Assembly (NCBI GenBank): GCA_964016885.1
Contig: OZ024741.1
Coordinates: forward strand, 247,256,001 to 247,320,000
DNA length: 64,000 bases
Reading direction: 5' to 3'
Origin: Eledone cirrhosa
Lineage: Eukaryota
Part shown: piece by piece, positions 13,110 through 28,100 of the stretch
Position numbering within the stretch: position 1 is the stretch's first letter
How the letters are laid out: every line of letters begins with the position of its first letter
Program-made: the position numbers and the translations under genes
Notes under the pieces: model-generated
The model's input: the letters and a program-made list of their open reading frames with translations, nothing else
Databases searched by the model: none
What the model was told of the DNA's origin: nothing

Positions 13110-16100
13110 TTTTACAAATTATCTCCCCCTGATTTTTTTTTACAAATTATCTCCCCCTGATTTTTGTTTACAAATTATCTCCGCCTGATTTTTTTTAAAA
13201 AATTATCTCCCCTTGGACGGCTGGAAATTATCTCCCCTTGGACGGCTAGAAATTACCTCTCCTTGGACGGCTGAAAATTATCTCCCCTTGGACGGCTGGA
13301 AATTATCTCCCCTTGATTTTTTTACAAATTATCTCCCCCTGATTTTTTTTTTACAAATTATCTCCCCCTGATTTTTTTTTACAAATTATCTACCCCTGAT
13401 TTTTTTTTACAAATTATCTCCCCCTGATTTTTTTTACAAATTATCTCCCCCTGATTTTTTTTTACAAATTATCTCCCCCTGATTTTTTTACAAATTATCT
13501 CCCCCTGATTTTTTTTACAAATTATCTCCGCCTGATTTTTTTAAATATTATCTCTCCTTGGCTGGCGGGAAATTATCTCCCCTTGGACGGCTGGAAATTA
13601 TCTCCCCTTGGACGGCTAGAAATTATCTCTCTTTGGACGGCTGGAAATTATCACCCCTTGAGTTTTTTACAAATTATCTCCCCCTGATTTTTTTTACAAA
13701 TCTCCCAGTGATTTTTTAAAAAAAATTATCTCCCCTTCGCTGGCTGGAAATTATCTCCCCTTGGACGCTGGAAATTATAGCACCTTGGAGGGCTTGAAAT
13801 TATCTTCCCTTGGACGGCTGGAAATTATCTCCCCTTGATTTTTTTTACAAATTATCTCCCCCTGATTTTTTTTTACAAATTATCTCCCCCTGATTTTTTT
13901 TTACAACTTATCTGCGCCTGATTTTTTTAAAAAAATTATCTCCCCTTGGACGGCTGGAAATTATCTCCCCTTGGACGGCTGGAAATTATCTCTCCTTGGA
14001 CGGCTAGAATTTACCTCTCCTTGGACGGCTGAAAATTATCTCCCCTTGGACGGCTGGAAATTATCTCCCCTTGATTTTTTTTACAAATTATCTCCCCCGG
14101 ATTTTTTTTTACGAATTATCTCCCCCTGATTTTTTTTTACAAATTATCTCCCCCTGATTTTTTTTTACAAATTATCTCCCCCTGATTTTTTTACAAATTA
14201 TCTCCCCTTGGCTGGCTGGAAATTATCTCCCCTAGGAGGCTGGAACTTATCTCCCCTTGGACGGCTAGAAATTACCTCTCTTTGGACGGCTGGAAAATAT
14301 GTCTCCTTGGACGGCTGGATATTATCTCCCCTTGGACGGCTGGAAATTATCTCCCCTTGGACGGCTGGAAATTATCTCCCCTTGGATGGCTAGATATTAC
14401 CTCCCCTTGGACGGCTGGAAATTATCTCCCCTTGATTTTTTTTACAAATTATCTCCCCCTGATTTTTTTTTACAAATTATCTCCCCCGATTTTTTTTTAC
14501 AAATTATCTCCCCCTGATTTTTTTTTACAAATTATCTCCCCCTGATTTTTGTTTACAAATTATCTCCCCGTGGACGGCTGGAAATTATCTCCCCTTGGAC
14601 GGCTAGAAATTACCTCTCCTTGGACGGCTGAAAATTATCCTCCCTTGGACGGCTGGAAATTATCTCCCCTTGATTTTTTTACAAATTATCTCCCCCTGAT
14701 TTTTTTTTTACAAATTATCTCACCCTGATTTTTTTTACAAATTATCTACCCCTGATTTTTTTTTACAAATTATCTCCCCCTGATTTTTTTTACAAATTAT
14801 CTCCCACTGATTTTTTTTTTACAAATTATCTCCCCCTGATTTTTTTACAAATTATCTCCCCCTGATTTTTTTTACAAATTATATCCGCCTGATTTTTTTA
14901 AATATTATCTCTCCTTGGCTGGCGGGAAATTATCTCCCCTTGGACGGCTGGAAATTATCTCCCCTTGGAAGGATGGAAATTATCTCCCCTTGGACGGCTG
15001 GAAATTATCTACCCCTGATTTTTTTTACAAATTATCTCCCCCTGATTTTTTTTACAAATTATCTCCCCCTGATTTTTTTTTTACAAATTATCTCCCCCTG
15101 ATTTTTTTACAAATTATCTCCCCCTGATTTTTTTTACAAATTATCTCCGCCTGATTTTTTAAAATATTATCTTACCTTGGCTGGCGGGAAATTATCTCCC
15201 CTTGGACGGCTGAAAATTATCTCCCCTTGGACGGCTGGAAATTATCTCGCCTTGATTTTTTTTACAAATTATCTCCCCCTGATTTTTTTTTACAAATTAT
15301 CTCCCCCTGATTTTTTTTACAAATTATCTCCCCCCTGATTTTTTTACAAATTATCTCCCCTTGGCTGGCTGGAAATTATCTCCCCTTGGAGGCTGGAACT
15401 TATCTCCCCTTGGACGGCTAGAAATTACCTCTCCTTGGACGGCTGGAAAATATGTCTCCTTGGACGGCTGGATATTATCTCCCCTTGGACGGCTGGAAAT
15501 TATCTCCCCTTGGACGGCTGGAAATTATCTCCCCTTGGATGGCTAGATATTACCTCCCCTTGGACGGCTGGAAATTATCTCCCTTTGATTTTTTTTACAA
15601 ATTATCTCCCCCTGATTTTTTTTTACAAATTATCTCCCCCTGATTTTTTTTTACAAATTATCTCCCCCTGATTTTTGTTTACAAATTATCTCCGCCTGAT
15701 TTTTTTTAAAAAATTATCTCCCCTTGGACGGCTGGAAATTATCTCCCCTTGGACGGCTAGAAATTACCTCTCCTTGGACGGCTGAAAATTATCTCCCCTT
15801 GGACGGCTGGAAATTATCTCCCCTTGATTTTTTTACAAATTATCTCCCCCTGATTTTTTTTTTACAAATTATCTCCCCCTGATTTTTTTTTACAAATTAT
15901 GTACCCCTGATTTTTTTTTACAAATTATCTCCCCCTGATTTTTTTTACAAATTATCTCCCCCTGATTTTTTTTTACAAATTATCTCCCCCTGATTTTTTT
16001 ACAAATTATCTCCCCCTGATTTTTTTTACAAATTATCTCCGCCTGATTTTTTTAAATATTATCTCTCCTTGGCTGGCGGGAAATTATCTCCCCTTGGACG

Positions 16101-19100
16101 GCTGGAAATTATCTCCCCTTGGAAGGATGGAAATTATCTCCCCTTGGACGGCTAGAAATTATCTCTCTTTGGACGGCTGGAAATTATCACCCCTTGAGTT
16201 TTTTACAAATTATCTCCCCCTGATTTTTTTTACAAATCTCCCAGTGATTTTTTAAAAAAAATTATCTCCCCTTCGCTGGCTGGAAATTATCTCCCCTTGG
16301 ACGCTGGAAATTATAGCACCTTGGAGGGCTGGAAATTATCTTCCCTTGGACGGCTGGAAATTATCTCCCCTTGATTTTTTTTACAAATTATCTCCCCCTG
16401 ATTTTTTTTTACAAATTATCTCCCCCTGATTTTTTTTTACAACTTATCTGCGCCTGATTTTTTTAAAAAAATTATCTCCCCTTGGACGGCTGGAAATTAT
16501 CTCCCCTTGGACGGCTGGAAATTATCTCTCCTTGGACGGCTAGAATTTACCTCTCCTTGGACGGCTGAAAATTATCTCCCCTTGGACGGCTGGAAATTAT
16601 CTCCCCTTGATTTTTTTTACAAATTATCTCCCCCTGATTTTTTTTTACAAATTATCTCCCCCTGATTTTTTTTACAAATTATCTCCCCCTGATTTTTTTT
16701 TACAAATTATCACCCCCTGATTTTTTTTACAAATTATCTCCCCCGGTTTTTTTACAAATTATCTCCCCTTGGCTGGCTGGAAATTATCTCCCCTTGGACA
16801 CTGGAAATTATAGCCCCTTGGATGGCTGGAAATTATCTTCCCTTGGACGGCTGGAAATTATCTCCCCTTGATTTTTTTTACAAATTATTTCCCCCTGATT
16901 TTTTTTTACAAATTATCTCCCCCTGATTTTTTTTTACAAATTATTTCCCCCTGATTTTTTTTTACAAATTATCTCCCCCGGATTTTTTTACAAATTATCT
17001 CCCCTTGGAGGCTGGAACTTATGTCCCCTTGGACGGCTAGAAATTACCTCTCCTTGGACGGCTGGAAAATATGTCTCCTTGGACGGCTGGATATTATCTC
17101 CCCTTGGACGGCTGGAAATTATCTCCCCTTGGACGGCTGGAAATTATCTCCCCTTGGATGGCTAGATATTACCTCCCCTTGGACGGCTGGAAATTATCTC
17201 CCCTTGATTTTTTTTACAAATTATCTCCCCCTGATTTTTTTTTACAAATTATCTCCCCCTGATTTTTTTTTACAAATTATCTCCCCCTGATTTTTGTTTA
17301 CAAATTATCTCCGCCTGATTTTTTTTTAAAAATTATCTCCCCTTGGACGGCTGGAAATTATCTCCCCTTGGACGGCTAGAAATTACCTCTCCTTGGACGG
17401 CTGAAAATTATCTCCCCTTGGACGGCTGGAAATTATCTCCCCTTGATTTTTTTACAAATTATCTCCCCCTGATTTTTTTTTTACAAATTATCTACCCCTG
17501 ATTTTTTTTTTACAAATTATCTCCCCCTGATTTTTTTACAAATTATCTCCCCCTAATTTTTTTTACAAATTATCTCCGCCTGATTTTTTTAAATATTATC
17601 TCTCCTTGGCTGGCGGGAAATTATCTCCCCTTGGACGGCTGGAAATTATCTCCCCTTGGAAGGACGGAAATTATCTCCCCTTGGACGGCTGGAAATTATC
17701 TACCCCTGATTTTTTTTACAAATTATCTCCCCCTGATTTTTTTTACAAATTATCTCCCCCTGATTTTTTTTTACAAATTATCTACCCCTGATTTTTTTTA
17801 CAAATTATCTCCCCCTGATTTTTTTACAAATTGTCTCCCCCTGATTTTTTTTTACAAATTATCTCCCCCTGATTGTTTTACAAATTATCTCCCCCTGATT
17901 TTTTTTACAAATTATCTCCGCCTGATTTTTTTAAATATTATCTTCCCTTGGCTGGCGGGAAATTATCTCCCCTTGGAAGGATGGAAATTATCTCCCCTTG
18001 GACGGCTGGAAATTATCTCCCCTTGCACTGCTGGAAATTATCTCCCCTTGGACGACTGGAAATTATCTGCCCTTGATTTTGTTTTTACAAATTATCTTCC
18101 CCTCATTTTTTTTACAAATTATCTCCACCTGATTTTTTAAAAAATTATCTCCCCTTGGACGGCTGGAAATTATCTCCCCTTGGCTGGAAATTATCTCCCC
18201 TTGGACGGCTAGAAATTATCTCTCTTTGGACGGCTGGAAATTATCTCCCCTTGATTTTTTTTACAAATTATCTCCCCCTGATTTTTTTTACAAATCTCCC
18301 AGTGATTTTTAAAAAAAAATTATCTTCCTTTCGCTGGTTGGAAATTATCTCCCCTTGGACGCTGGAAATTATAGCCCCTTGGAGGGCTGGAAATTATCTT
18401 CACTTGGACGGCTGGAAATTATCTCCCCTTGATTTTTTTACATTTTATCTCCCCCTGATTTTTTTTTACAAGTTATCTCCCCGATTTTTTTTTACAAATT
18501 ATCTCCGCCTGATTTTTTTAAAAAAATTATCTTCCCTTGGACGGCTGGAAATTATCTCCCCTTGGACGGCTGGAAATTATCTCGCCTTGGACGGCTAGAA
18601 ATTACCTCTCCTTGGACGGCTGAAAATTATCTCCCCTTGGACGCTGGAAATTATAGCCCCTTGGAGGGCTGGAAATTATGTCCCCTTGATTTTTTTTACA
18701 AATTATCTCCCCCTGATTTTTTTTTACAAATTATCTCCCCCTGATTTTTTTTTTACAAATTATCTCCCCCTGATTTTTTTTTACAAATTATCTCCCCCTG
18801 ATTTTTTTACAAATTATCTCCCCTTGGCTGGCTGTAAATTATCTCCCCTTGGAGGCTGGAATTTATCTCCCCTTTGACGGCTGGAAATAATCTCCCCTTG
18901 GACGGCTAGAAATTACCTCTCCTTGGACGGCTGGAAATTATCTCCCCTTGAACGGCTGGAAATTATCTCCCCTTGGACGGCTGGAAATTATCTCCCCTTG
19001 GACGGCTGGAAATTATCTCCCCTTGGACGGCTAGAAATTACCTCTCCTTGGACGGCTGGAAATTATCTCCACTTGGACGGCTGGAAATTATCTCCCCTTC

Positions 19101-22100
19101 GCTGGCTGGAAATCATCTCCCTTTGGACGGCTGGAAATTATAGCTGCTTGTAGGGCTGGAAATTATCTCCCCTTGGACGGCTGGAAATTATCTCCCCTTG
19201 ATTTATTTTACTAATTATCTCCCCCTGATTTTTTTTACAAATTATCTCCGCCTGATTTTTTTTTAAAAATTATCTCCCCTTGGCTGGATGGAAATTATCT
19301 CCCCTTGGACGGCTGGAAATTATCTCCCCTTGGAGCCTAGAAATTACCTCTCCTTGGACAGCTGTAAATTATCTCCCCTTGGACGGCTGGAAATTATCTC
19401 GCCTTGGACGGCTGGAAATTATCTCCCCTTGATTTTGTATACAAATTATCTCCCCCTGATTTTTTTTTACAAATTATCTGCCCCTGATTATATTTTTACA
19501 AATTAGCTCCGCCTGATTTTTTTAAAAAATTATCTCCCCTTGGACGGCTGGAAATTATCTCCCCTTGGACGGCTGGAAATTATCTCCCCTTGAACGGCTA
19601 GAAATTACCTCTCCTTGGAGGGCTGGAAATTATCATCCCTTGGACGGCTGGAAATTATCTCCCCTTGATTTTTTTTACAAATTATCTCCCCTTGGACGGC
19701 TGGAAATTATCTCCCCTTGGACGGCTGGAAATTATCTCCCCTTGGACGGCTAGAAATTACCTCTCCTTGGACGGCTGAAAATTATCTCCCCTTGGACGGC
19801 TGGAAATTATCTCCCCTTGATTTTTTTTTACAAATTATCTCCCCCTGATTTTTTTTACAAATTATCTACCCCTGATTTTTTTTACAAATTATCTCCCCCT
19901 GATTTTTTTTACAAATTATCTCCCCCTGATTTTTTTTACAAATTATCTCCCCCTGATTTTTTTTTACAAATTATCTCCCCCTGATTTTTTTACAAATTAT
20001 CTCCCCCTGTTTTTTTTACAAATTATCTCCGCCTGATTTTTTTAAATATTATCTTCCCTTGGCTGGCGGGAAATTATCTCCCCTTGGACGGCTGAAAATT
20101 ATCTCCCCTTGGACGGCTGGAAATTATCTCCCCTTGATTTTTTTTACAAATTATCTCCCCCTGATTTTTTCTTACAAATTATCTCCCCCTGATTTTTTTA
20201 CAAATTATCTCCCCCTGATTTTTTTTTACAAATTGTCTCCCCCTGATTTTTTTTACAAATTATCTCCCTCTGATTTTTTTACAAATTATCTCCCCTTGGC
20301 TGGCTGGAAATTATCTCCCCTTGGACGGCTAGAAATTACCTCTCCTTGGACGGCTGGAAAATATGTCTCCTTGGACGGCTGGATATTATCTCCCCTTGGA
20401 CGGCTGGAAATTATCTCCCCTTGGACGGCTGGAAATTATCTCCCCTTGATTTTTTTACAAATTATCTCCCCCTGATTTATTTTACAAATCTCCCAATTTT
20501 AAAAAATAAATTATCTCCCCTTCGCTGGCTGGAAATTATCTCCCCTTCGACGCTGGAAATTATAGCCCCTTGGAGGGCTGGAAATTATCTTCCCTTGGAC
20601 GGCTGGAAATTATCTCCCCTTGATTTTTTTTACAAATTATCTCCCCCTGATTTTTTTTACAAATTATCTCCCCCTGATTTTTTTTACAAATTATCTACCC
20701 CTGATTTTTTTTACAAATTATCTCCCCCTGATTTTTTTTTACAAATTATCTCCCCCTGATTTTTTTTTACAAATTATCTCCCCCTGATTTTTTTACAAAT
20801 TATCTCCCCCTGATTTTTTTTACAATCTCCGCCTGATTTTTTTAAAAATTATCTTCCCTTGGCTGGCTGGAAATTATCTCCCCTTGGACACTGGAAATTA
20901 TAGCCCCTTGGAGGGCTGGAAATTATCTTCCCTTGGACGGCTGGAAATTATCTCCCCTTGATTTTTTTTACAAATTATCTCCGCCTGATTTTTTTTTACA
21001 AATTATCTCCCCCTGATTTTTTTTTACACATTATCTACCCCTGATTTTTTTTTACAAATTATCTCCCCCTGATTTTTTTTACAAATTATCTCCCCCTGAT
21101 TTTTCTTTTACAAATTATCTCCCCCTGATTTTTTTACAAATTATCTCCCCCTGATTTTTTTTACAAATTATCTCCGCCTGATTTTTTTAAATATTATCTT
21201 CCCTTGGCTGGCGGGAAATTATCTCCCCTTGGACGGCTGGAAATTATCTGCCCTTGATTTTCTTTTTACAAATTATCTTCCACTGATTTTTTTTACAAAT
21301 TATCTCCACCTGATTTTTTAAAAAATTATCTCCCCTTGGAAGGCTGGAAATTATCTCCCCTTGGACGGCTGGAAATTATCTCCCCTTGGACGGCTAGAAA
21401 TTATCTCTCCTTGGACGGCTGAAAATTATCTCCCCTTGGACGGCTGCAAATTATCTCCCCTTGATTTTTTTTACAAATTTTCTCCCCCTGATTTTTTTTA
21501 CAAATTATCTCCCCCTGATTTTTTTACAAATTATCTCCCCCTAATTTTTTTTTACAAATTATCTCCCCCTGATTTTTTTTTACAAATTATCTCCCCCTGA
21601 TTTTTTTTTTACAAATTATCTCCCCCTGATTTTTTTACAAATTATCTCCCCCTGATTTTTTTTACAATCTCCGCCTGATTTTTTTAAAAATTATCTTCCC
21701 TTGGCTGGCGGGAAATTATCTCCCCTTGGACGGCTGGAAATTATCTCCCCTTGGAAGGATGGAAATTATCTCCCCTCGGACGGCTGGAAATTATCTCCCC
21801 TTGCACGGCTGGAAATTATCTCCCCTTGGCTGGAAATTATCTCCCCTTGGACGGCTAGAAATTATCTCTCTTTGGACGGCTGCAAATTATCTCCCTTTGA
21901 TTTTTTTTACAAATTATCTCCCTCTGATCTTTTTTACAAATCTCCCCCTGATTTTTTTAAAAAAATTATCTCCCCTTCGCTGGCTGGAAATTATCTTCCC
22001 TTGGACGGCTGGAAATTATCTCCCCTTGATTTTTTTTACAAATTATCTCCGCCTGATTTTTTTTAAAAATTATCTCTCCTTGGACGGCTGGAAATTATCT

Positions 22101-25100
22101 CCCCTTGATTTTTTTACAAATTATCTCCCCCTGATTTTTTTTTACAAATTATCTCCCCCTGATTTTTTTTTACAAATTATCTACCCCTGATTTTTTTTTA
22201 CAAATTATCTCCCCCTGATTTTTTTTACAAATTATCTCCGCCGGATTTTTTTAAATATTATCTTCCCTTGGCTGGCGGGAAATTATCTCCCCTTGGACGG
22301 CTGAAAATTATCTCCCCTTGGACGGCTGGAAATTATATCCCCTTGATTTTTTTTACAAATTATCTCCCCCTGATTTTTTTTTACAAATTATCTCCCCCTG
22401 ATTTTTGTTTACAAATTATCTCCGCCTGATTTTTTTTAAAAAATTATCTCCCCTTGGACGGCTGGAAATTATCTCCCCTTGGACGGCTAGAAATTACCTC
22501 TCCTTGGACGGCTGAAAATTATCTCCCCTTGGACGGCTGGAAATTATCTCCCCTTGATTTTTTTACAAATTATCTCCCCCTGATTTTTTTTTTACAAATT
22601 ATCTCCCCCTGATTTTTTTTTACAAATTATCTACCCCTGATTTTTTTTTACAAATTATCTCCCCCTGATTTTTTTTACAAATTATCTCCCCCTGATTTTT
22701 TTTTACAAATTATCTCCCCCTGATTTTTTTACAAATTATCTCCCCCTGATTTTTTTTACAAATTATCTCCGCCTGATTTTTTTAAATATTATCTCTCCTT
22801 GGCTGGCGGGAAATTATCTCCCCTTGGACGGCTGGAAATTATCTCCCCTTGGAAGGATGGAAATTATCTCCCCTTGGACGGCTAGAAATTATCTCTCTTT
22901 GGACGGCTGGAAATTATCACCCCTTGAGTTTTTTACAAATTATCTCCCCCTGATTTTTTTTACAAATCTCCCAGTGATTTTTTAAAAAAAATTATCTCCC
23001 CTTCGCTGGCTGGAAATTATCTCCCCTTGGACGCTGGAAATTATAGCACCTTGGAGGGCTTGAAATTATCTTCCCTTGGACGGCTGGAAATTATCTCCCC
23101 TTGATTTTTTTTACAAATTATCTCCCCCTGATTTTTTTTTACAAATTATCTCCCCCTGATTTTTTTTTACAACTTATCTGCGCCTGATTTTTTTAAAAAA
23201 ATTATCTCCCCTTGGACGGCTGGAAATTATCTCCCCTTGGACGGCTGGAAATTATCTCTCCTTGGACGGCTAGAATTTACCTCTCCTTGGACGGCTGAAA
23301 ATTATCTCCCCTTGGACGGCTGGAAATTATCTCCCCTTGATTTTTTTTACAAATTATCTCCCCCGGATTTTTTTTTACGAATTATCTCCCCCTGATTTTT
23401 TTTTACAAATTATCTCCCCCTGATTTTTTTTTACAAATTATCTCCCCCTGATTTTTTTACAAATTATCTCCCCTTGGCTGGCTGGAAATTATCTCCCCTA
23501 GGAGGCTGGAACTTATCTCCCCTTGGACGGCTAGAAATTACCTCTCTTTGGACGGCTGGAAAATATGTCTCCTTGGACGGCTGGATATTATCTCCCCTTG
23601 GACGGCTGGAAATTATCTCCCCTTGGACGGCTGGAAATTATCTCCCCTTGGATGGCTAGATATTACCTCCCCTTGGACGGCTGGAAATTATCTCCCCTTG
23701 ATTTTTTTTACAAATTATCTCCCCCTGATTTTTTTTTACAAATTATCTCCCCCGATTTTTTTTTACAAATTATCTCCCCCTGATTTTTTTTTACAAATTA
23801 TCTCCCCCTGATTTTTGTTTACAAATTATCTCCCCGTGGACGGCTGGAAATTATCTCCCCTTGGACGGCTAGAAATTACCTCTCCTTGGACGGCTGAAAA
23901 TTATCCTCCCTTGGACGGCTGGAAATTATCTCCCCTTGATTTTTTTACAAATTATCTCCCCCTGATTTTTTTTTTACAAATTATCTCACCCTGATTTTTT
24001 TTACAAATTATCTACCCCTGATTTTTTTTTACAAATTATCTCCCCCTGATTTTTTTTACAAATTATCTCCCACTGATTTTTTTTTTACAAATTATCTCCC
24101 CCTGATTTTTTTACAAATTATCTCCCCCTGATTTTTTTTACAAATTATATCCGCCTGATTTTTTTAAATATTATCTCTCCTTGGCTGGCGGGAAATTATC
24201 TCCCCTTGGACGGCTGGAAATTATCTCCCCTTGGAAGGATGGAAATTATCTCCCCTTGGACGGCTGGAAATTATCTACCCCTGATTTTTTTTACAAATTA
24301 TCTCCCCCTGATTTTTTTTACAAATTATCTCCCCCTGATTTTTTTTTTACAAATTATCTCCCCCTGATTTTTTTACAAATTATCTCCCCCTGATTTTTTT
24401 TACAAATTATCTCCGCCTGATTTTTTAAAATATTATCTTACCTTGGCTGGCGGGAAATTATCTCCCCTTGGACGGCTGAAAATTATCTCCCCTTGGACGG
24501 CTGGAAATTATCTCGCCTTGATTTTTTTTACAAATTATCTCCCCCTGATTTTTTTTTACAAATTATCTCCCCCTGATTTTTTTTACAAATTATCTCCCCC
24601 CTGATTTTTTTACAAATTATCTCCCCTTGGCTGGCTGGAAATTATCTCCCCTTGGAGGCTGGAACTTATCTCCCCTTGGACGGCTAGAAATTACCTCTCC
24701 TTGGACGGCTGGAAAATATGTCTCCTTGGACGGCTGGATATTATCTCCCCTTGGACGGCTGGAAATTATCTCCCCTTGGACGGCTGGAAATTATCTCCCC
24801 TTGGATGGCTAGATATTACCTCCCCTTGGACGGCTGGAAATTATCTCCCTTTGATTTTTTTTACAAATTATCTCCCCCTGATTTTTTTTTACAAATTATC
24901 TCCCCCTGATTTTTTTTTACAAATTATCTCCCCCTGATTTTTGTTTACAAATTATCTCCGCCTGATTTTTTTTAAAAAATTATCTCCCCTTGGACGGCTG
25001 GAAATTATCTCCCCTTGGACGGCTAGAAATTACCTCTCCTTGGACGGCTGAAAATTATCTCCCCTTGGACGGCTGGAAATTATCTCCCCTTGATTTTTTT

Positions 25101-28100
25101 ACAAATTATCTCCCCCTGATTTTTTTTTTACAAATTATCTCCCCCTGATTTTTTTTTACAAATTATCTACCCCTGATTTTTTTTTACAAATTATCTCCCC
25201 CTGATTTTTTTTACAAATTATCTCCCCCTGATTTTTTTTTACAAATTATCTCCCCCTGATTTTTTTACAAATTATCTCCCCCTGATTTTTTTTACAAATT
25301 ATCTCCGCCTGATTTTTTTAAATATTATCTCTCCTTGGCTGGCGGGAAATTATCTCCCCTTGGACGGCTGGAAATTATCTCCCCTTGGAAGGATGGAAAT
25401 TATCTCCCCTTGGACGGCTAGAAATTATCTCTCTTTGGACGGCTGGAAATTATCACCCCTTGAGTTTTTTACAAATTATCTCCCCCTGATTTTTTTTACA
25501 AATCTCCCAGTGATTTTTTAAAAAAAATTATCTCCCCTTCGCTGGCTGGAAATTATCTCCCCTTGGACGCTGGAAATTATAGCACCTTGGAGGGCTGGAA
25601 ATTATCTTCCCTTGGACGGCTGGAAATTATCTCCCCTTGATTTTTTTTACAAATTATCTCCCCCTGATTTTTTTTTACAAATTATCTCCCCCTGATTTTT
25701 TTTTACAACTTATCTGCGCCTGATTTTTTTAAAAAAATTATCTCCCCTTGGACGGCTGGAAATTATCTCCCCTTGGACGGCTGGAAATTATCTCTCCTTG
25801 GACGGCTAGAATTTACCTCTCCTTGGACGGCTGAAAATTATCTCCCCTTGGACGGCTGGAAATTATCTCCCCTTGATTTTTTTTACAAATTATCTCCCCC
25901 TGATTTTTTTTTACAAATTATCTCCCCCTGATTTTTTTTACAAATTATCTCCCCCTGATTTTTTTTTACAAATTATCACCCCCTGATTTTTTTTTACAAA
26001 TTATCTCCCCCGGATTTTTTTACAAATTATCTCCCCTTGGCTGGCTGGAAATTATCTCCCCTTGGACACTGGAAATTATAGCCCCTTGGATGGCTGGAAA
26101 TTATCTTCCCTTGGACGGCTGGAAATTATCTCCCCTTGATTTTTTTTACAAATTATTTCCCCCTGATTTTTTTTTACAAATTATCTCCCCCTGATTTTTT
26201 TTTACAAATTATTTCCCCCTGATTTTTTTTTACAAATTATCTCCCCCGGATTTTTTTACAAATTATCTCCCCTTGGAGGCTGGAACTTATGTCCCCTTGG
26301 ACGGCTAGAAATTACCTCTCCTTGGACGGCTGGAAAATATGTCTCCTTGGACGGCTGGATATTATCTCCCCTTGGACGGCTGGAAATTATCTCCCCTTGG
26401 ACGGCTGGAAATTATCTCCCCTTGGATGGCTAGATATTACCTCCCCTTGGACGGCTGGAAATTATCTCCCCTTGATTTTTTTTACAAATTATCTCCCCCT
26501 GATTTTTTTTTACAAATTATCTCCCCCTGATTTTTTTTTACAAATTATCTCCCCCTGATTTTTGTTTACAAATTATCTCCGCCTGATTTTTTTTAAAAAA
26601 TTATCTCCCCTTGGACGGCTGGAAATTATCTCCCCTTGGACGGCTAGAAATTACCTCTCCTTGGACGGCTGAAAATTATCTCCCCTTGGACGGCTGGAAA
26701 TTATCTCCCCTTGATTTTTTTACAAATTATCTCCCCCTGATTTTTTTTTTACAAATTATCTACCCCTGATTTTTTTTTTACAAATTATCTCCCCCTGATT
26801 TTTTTACAAATTATCTCCCCCTAATTTTTTTTACAAATTATCTCCGCCTGATTTTTTTAAATATTATCTCTCCTTGGCTGGCGGGAAATTATCTCCCCTT
26901 GGACGGCTGGAAATTATCTCCCCTTGGAAGGACGGAAATTATCTCCCCTTGGACGGCTGGAAATTATCTACCCCTGATTTTTTTTACAAATTATCTCCCC
27001 CTGATTTTTTTTACAAATTATCTCCCCCTGATTTTTTTTTACAAATTATCTACCCCTGATTTTTTTTACAAATTATCTCCCCCTGATTTTTTTACAAATT
27101 GTCTCCCCCTGATTTTTTTTTACAAATTATCTCCCCCTGATTGTTTTACAAATTATCTCCCCCTGATTTTTTTTACAAATTATCTCCGCCTGATTTTTTT
27201 AAATATTATCTTCCCTTGGCTGGCGGGAAATTATCTCCCCTTGGAAGGATGGAAATTATCTCCCCTTGGACGGCTGGAAATTATCTCCCCTTGCACTGCT
27301 GGAAATTATCTCCCCTTGGACGACTGGAAATTATCTGCCCTTGATTTTGTTTTTACAAATTATCTTCCCCTCATTTTTTTTACAAATTATCTCCACCTGA
27401 TTTTTTAAAAAATTATCTCCCCTTGGACGGCTGGAAATTATCTCCCCTTGGCTGGAAATTATCTCCCCTTGGACGGCTAGAAATTATCTCTCTTTGGACG
27501 GCTGGAAATTATCTCCCCTTGATTTTTTTTACAAATTATCTCCCCCTGATTTTTTTTACAAATCTCCCAGTGATTTTTAAAAAAAAATTATCTTCCTTTC
27601 GCTGGTTGGAAATTATCTCCCCTTGGACGCTGGAAATTATAGCCCCTTGGAGGGCTGGAAATTATCTTCACTTGGACGGCTGGAAATTATCTCCCCTTGA
27701 TTTTTTTACATTTTATCTCCCCCTGATTTTTTTTTACAAATTATCTCCCCGATTTTTTTTTACAAATTATCTCCGCCTGATTTTTTTAAAAAAATTATCT
27801 TCCCTTGGACGGCTGGAAATTATCTCCCCTTGGACGGCTGGAAATTATCTCGCCTTGGACGGCTAGAAATTACCTCTCCTTGGACGGCTGAAAATTATCT
27901 CCCCTTGGACGCTGGAAATTATAGCCCCTTGGAGGGCTGGAAATTATGTCCCCTTGATTTTTTTTACAAATTATCTCCCCCTGATTTTTTTTTACAAATT
28001 ATCTCCCCCTGATTTTTTTTTTACAAATTATCTCCCCCTGATTTTTTTTTACAAATTATCTCCCCCTGATTTTTTTACAAATTATCTCCCCTTGGCTGGC

